The notes under the pieces were generated by a model. That model worked only from the letters and a program-made list of their open reading frames with translations, was not told the origin of the DNA and did no database searches. Made by a program: the position numbers and the translations under genes. A stretch of 63,799 bases of DNA, filler included, from Cladosporium halotolerans (Eukaryota), in the NCBI RefSeq assembly GCF_011745625.1. It is 32 parts of 32 records of this genome, joined end to end, with 100 filler letters (N's around TTAATTAATTAA, not from the genome) between each part and the next. Parts side by side here need not be neighbours in the genome. Positions count along the whole stretch, not along the records: positions 60,329 to 62,016 come from NW_027191815.1; positions 62,117 to 63,799 come from NW_027191816.1; 30 more parts are not named here. One strand, 5' to 3'. How positions within the stretch are numbered: the stretch's first letter is position 1; the number at the start of each line of letters is the position of its first letter. Shown here in pieces: positions 60,354 through 63,799 of this stretch.

Positions 60354-61919
60354 TTTTTTTTTTTTTTTTTTTTTTTTTTAATCATACTGCATTCAAGCTA
60401 TATAGCTTATGGCATGTCGGAAAATATCGCGACCATCTCTATGACTTCCACGTGTGCTCTCGCTTCGGTAATCGTCCGCACAAACTTGCTCGCTGTCCCG
60501 ACTTCACCAAGTCGCCACTGCTTTCGGGCTTGGTGCCCTCCTACTTTCCTGTCGTTATCACTCCTCATCTTTCCCCTTAGCCCCTTCCGTCCTCCAACAT
60601 CCTGTCTTCCTCATCTGCACTCCGATCCAAACGTTCGATGTCCCACGAGTCATTCTTGTTGGCATCTCCAACCGGCTTCTTGCCCACTTCTGTGTTTTCA
60701 ATAAATTGAAGGACCTCTATGATAGTTTTATTTGCGAACATTGTCTTCAGGTCTGCTAGGTTTCGCCGTCTGCTGATCGAGAGCTTTCTCGCGCGCAGCT
60801 TCCGCAGCATAGTGTCCCGCTGCCTTCGCCACTTCCGGCACTCCAGCAAGAGGTGAGCGACGGTTTGACTGCTCTCGCCACACCACCAGCACTGTGCGTC
60901 CTCGACTTTGCCGATCCTTAGCAGGTGAGCTCCCGTGACAGCATGACCGGACTTGAGCTGCAGGTATCGAGCTGCAACTGACTTCCTCGCATCTTCGATG
61001 TGTTTGTTCATCTTGGCAGTTGGCTTCCACCTCTCCTTAATGGCTTGTTTCACGTACGACAGCGAGGCTGATCGCATCTCTTTGGGTTGTTGCTTTGCCG
61101 CTCGTTGTGCCGCGGCTCGGGCTATCTTGTAGCCCTCAACATCTTCGCAATTTGAGAGCCACGTCAAAACCACTCGGCCTCCTGCTTCTTCGACACCGTG
61201 TGCGTGTCTTTTGATACCGGTGACGACTGGCGGTGTCCATTGCTCGCTGCTCTGAATGGCGGCCAATGCAACCCGCGACTCCGTAACAATCTCGGCACGG
61301 AGGTGATTCGTCCTCGAGAGTATCGGGATGAGGTTCTTCGCACCCATGCTGATCGCAACTATCGCCGCGTCGGCTGTTGTGATGTGATTACCCAGCGATG
61401 ACATTTTGGTCTTCCACGCACGGCATTCTCTCCATGCGATCCCCAGACCAAAACTAACATCCTTAGTTGTGCTCACGAACAGTGTTAGTTGCTGCGGATT
61501 GTCGGGTTGCATTCTTTGCGGCATCTGCGAGTAGCCTTGGGTCCGGATCACTGGGCTTGTTGTAGGTGAGTCCACCTTGCGAGGCAGCTCGAATCCGTAC
61601 TCGGTGTCGTAGCTGACGTGCCTCGCTACCTGCTGTGCGAGTCTGCTTCCGAACGATCGGTGTGTCTTTTCTGCTCTCATCCATCCAATGCTAGACGGCT
61701 GACCCGTTGCTCCTTCGTGTCTATAAAGCTCGCCGAGACGGAAATTGGCGGGCAGGAGCTGGTGCGTTGGATGATCTCCATTCGCATTGAGCGCCCGCAC
61801 CGCGAACGACGTCTGGCGACGGTCGAGAAGGTCTTGTGCGGTGGGCAGGCACGATTCCGTCCGAAGAAAGGCCAGAGGGGTCGATGTCAACAGCCCTGTG
61901 ATGGCTCTCGCTTGGCTGT
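60354..61919 (-). mobile_element. Poly(A)-tailed LINE 3' part (degenerate RNase H, zinc knuckle; ORF 60577-61890)
   Basis: T26 tail; YLQLKSGHAVTGAHL...CWWCGESSQTVAHLLLEC. Confidence 0.9.
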
Positions 61920-62016
61920 CATAGATCTTGAATCTTGAATATTCAGAATCAGGTGAAGCTCAATCAGGAATCAAATCAGTCAGGTGGGCGCTCAATCAGA
62001 AATCAATCAGCAATCA
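61920..62016 (-). mobile_element. hAT family C terminus inserted in the LINE ORF2
   Basis: CATAGATCTTGAATCTTGAA; exact reverse complement of 56712-56808. Confidence 0.9.
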
Positions 62017-62782
62017 NNNNNNNNNNNNNNNNNNNNNNNNNNNNNNNNNNNNNNNNNNNNTTAATTAATTAANNNNNNNNNNNNNNNNNNNNNNNNNNNN
62101 NNNNNNNNNNNNNNNNTTGAGACGACAATCTCGGTTCGTTGACAATCAGAGCTCGATTCAAGCGCGGCAATCTGACCGTCCGGAGGTGTCGGCGGAGAAG
62201 AGTCCAGGAAGCCTTGACGAGCGCACGCCTCGCCCTGAGCCGAAGCCACTCCAAGCGGGAAGCTTCGTGTTCGAGATTCTGCGTGGAGCCGGACCAGCTC
62301 GGGTCGTGCGTGTTCTCTTTCGCTGCAGAGCCAGTGACATGCAGCCAGCGCAGTGATCTGGAGATGGCGCCAGAAGTTCCGAGTTGCCTCAGGACTCGGT
62401 CGAAAGCGCCGGCCACAGATGAGAGTTGCTGCAACAGATTGTTCACGTCCAGTGTGTCGATTCGAAAAGCAGGCAGCCTTGTCAGGAATATGATCGCGGC
62501 AGCGGCGCCGCAGGCCAGCAGGGTCAGAGGGAGCATCGAGAGACTTTGCATCGTGTTGTGGCGGTAGCACAGAAGGTCGGAGAGCGATCCCAACGTGCGG
62601 TTTTTATGTCCCTGTCGGCACGCCGGCAGAGCCTACAGATGCTGTCAGACCCTGAAGGCCAGATGGTCACGCGCCGGCGTTCGACTGAACCCGACCGAGA
62701 AATACTGGCTGCCTGAAACGCTGAATGAAACACTGGCTCACCTTGCTTCCTCCTCTGGGGAACAGGGGGAAAGTTTGAGGAT

Positions 62783-63418
62783 GTGCCATATAAGCCGGTC
62801 GCTTGTGCGTATGTGCGAAAAGATGGACATTTGCCGGGCTCTGTAGGTCGCGGTGACACTGTCTGGTTTACTCGACTTGTTTGCCAGCCCTCTCAATCAG
62901 AAAAGAAACTACATCACATTATGGGCACGTGTTCGGAGGCCAGAAGGCTCAAAGAGAGATTCCACAAGTACAGGATGTCCCTGAAGAAAAAAGCGGACTT
63001 GGCCAAGGAGCACCAGGCGGAAATCCAAATGGTATTGTTTCGCAAAGGCGTGTTGTACGACATCCCCGGGGACCGTCGTGAAGTAAGCTCTCGACAGAAA
63101 GACGCCCCGCGTGGGCTACGAAACGGACTCTGCTGACGAGTTCAGGAATCGAGGAAGACGCTATCAAGTCGCTCCAAACACATTCCATTGAAAGCAAGTC
63201 GTCGACATCATTTCACTTTCGTCGAGCCAGCCGCACTACGTCCTTCGCAGCTCAGTGCGACAACAGCAAACCCTATACAAGACTCGCGGATGCTAAGACC
63301 GGTGGAGTCGTTGGCGGGACGGCGACGTGGGTCGGAGGTATCGAGCGTGCGACGCAATGTCGTGACCGAGCTGGCTTTTGAGGGGAGGGGAGAGCAACCG
63401 TCGCATCTTACAAGTTGA
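62783..63418 (+). CDS. Possible two-exon hypothetical gene
   Basis: GTAAGC...CTGAC...CAG intron (about 63083-63145) joins two ORFs in frame. Confidence 0.3.
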
Positions 63419-63799
63419 GTGCGCAAACAATTTCGGTATGCCGGGTCATCGATGGTGCAGTATGGCATGGCAGTGACCTCGCAATGTCCCCGTGATCTAG
63501 TCAACTGTACGATGCAGCGCCCTCGAAAACCAACAAGCATTTTCAGCCTCACCTTTTAGTCTCATTCCATTGCCTCCCACAACAATACTGTGGAGAAGCG
63601 TGAGTGTGTATTGAGTGCAAGACACATGTGCAGCACGGGAACGCAGCGCCGAGACTCCACATCACGTGATATTCCCGGCATCAGCCTACAGGCAATAACT
63701 TTACTGGCCTTCTCCGATGCTTCATCGAAGGCACATGCGCTTCGGCGGTCGTGGCGCCGCGTCATTCTCTCCCTCTTGCATCGACATTCGACGACCACG

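Noticed and set aside
2130..62116. Regularly spaced TTAATTAATTAA palindromes resembling a repeat array or CRISPR
   Set aside because: Artificial N-flanked six-frame-stop linkers; ORFs ending in X...LIN are artefacts
1..63799. Treating genes on neighbouring contigs as a cluster (for example MAPK plus MAPKKK, or deaminase plus C-free tract)
   Set aside because: Contigs are ordered by length, not by genomic position

Overview
Eukaryotic DNA from a filamentous ascomycete (Pezizomycotina-type genes, GT-AG introns with CTRAC branch sites, RIP signature). It is not contiguous: about 32 short contigs (2.1 to 1.7 kb, sorted by decreasing length) are joined by 31 artificial 100-bp linkers (N44-TTAATTAATTAA-N44), so neighbourhood is meaningful only within a contig. 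Repeats dominate: a near-complete IS630/Tc1-like DD36E transposon, two long uninterrupted hAT transposase ORFs, a heavily RIP-mutated hAT, ends of four to five hAT families, several Tad1-like LINE pieces and solo LTRs. Accessory-type genes and pseudogenes include HET x2, patatin, BTB, Zn2Cys6, an ART-like protein, O-methyltransferase, SAM-HMG, an Ssk2-like kinase domain and a Fus3-like pseudokinase. The most unusual signals are a 1,209-bp essentially non-repetitive tract with no cytosine on the + strand (57127-58335) and a degenerate RNase III-like/dsRBD gene directly upstream of a probable OTT_1508-like deaminase gene. All family calls come from motif recognition by eye; no database searches were run.
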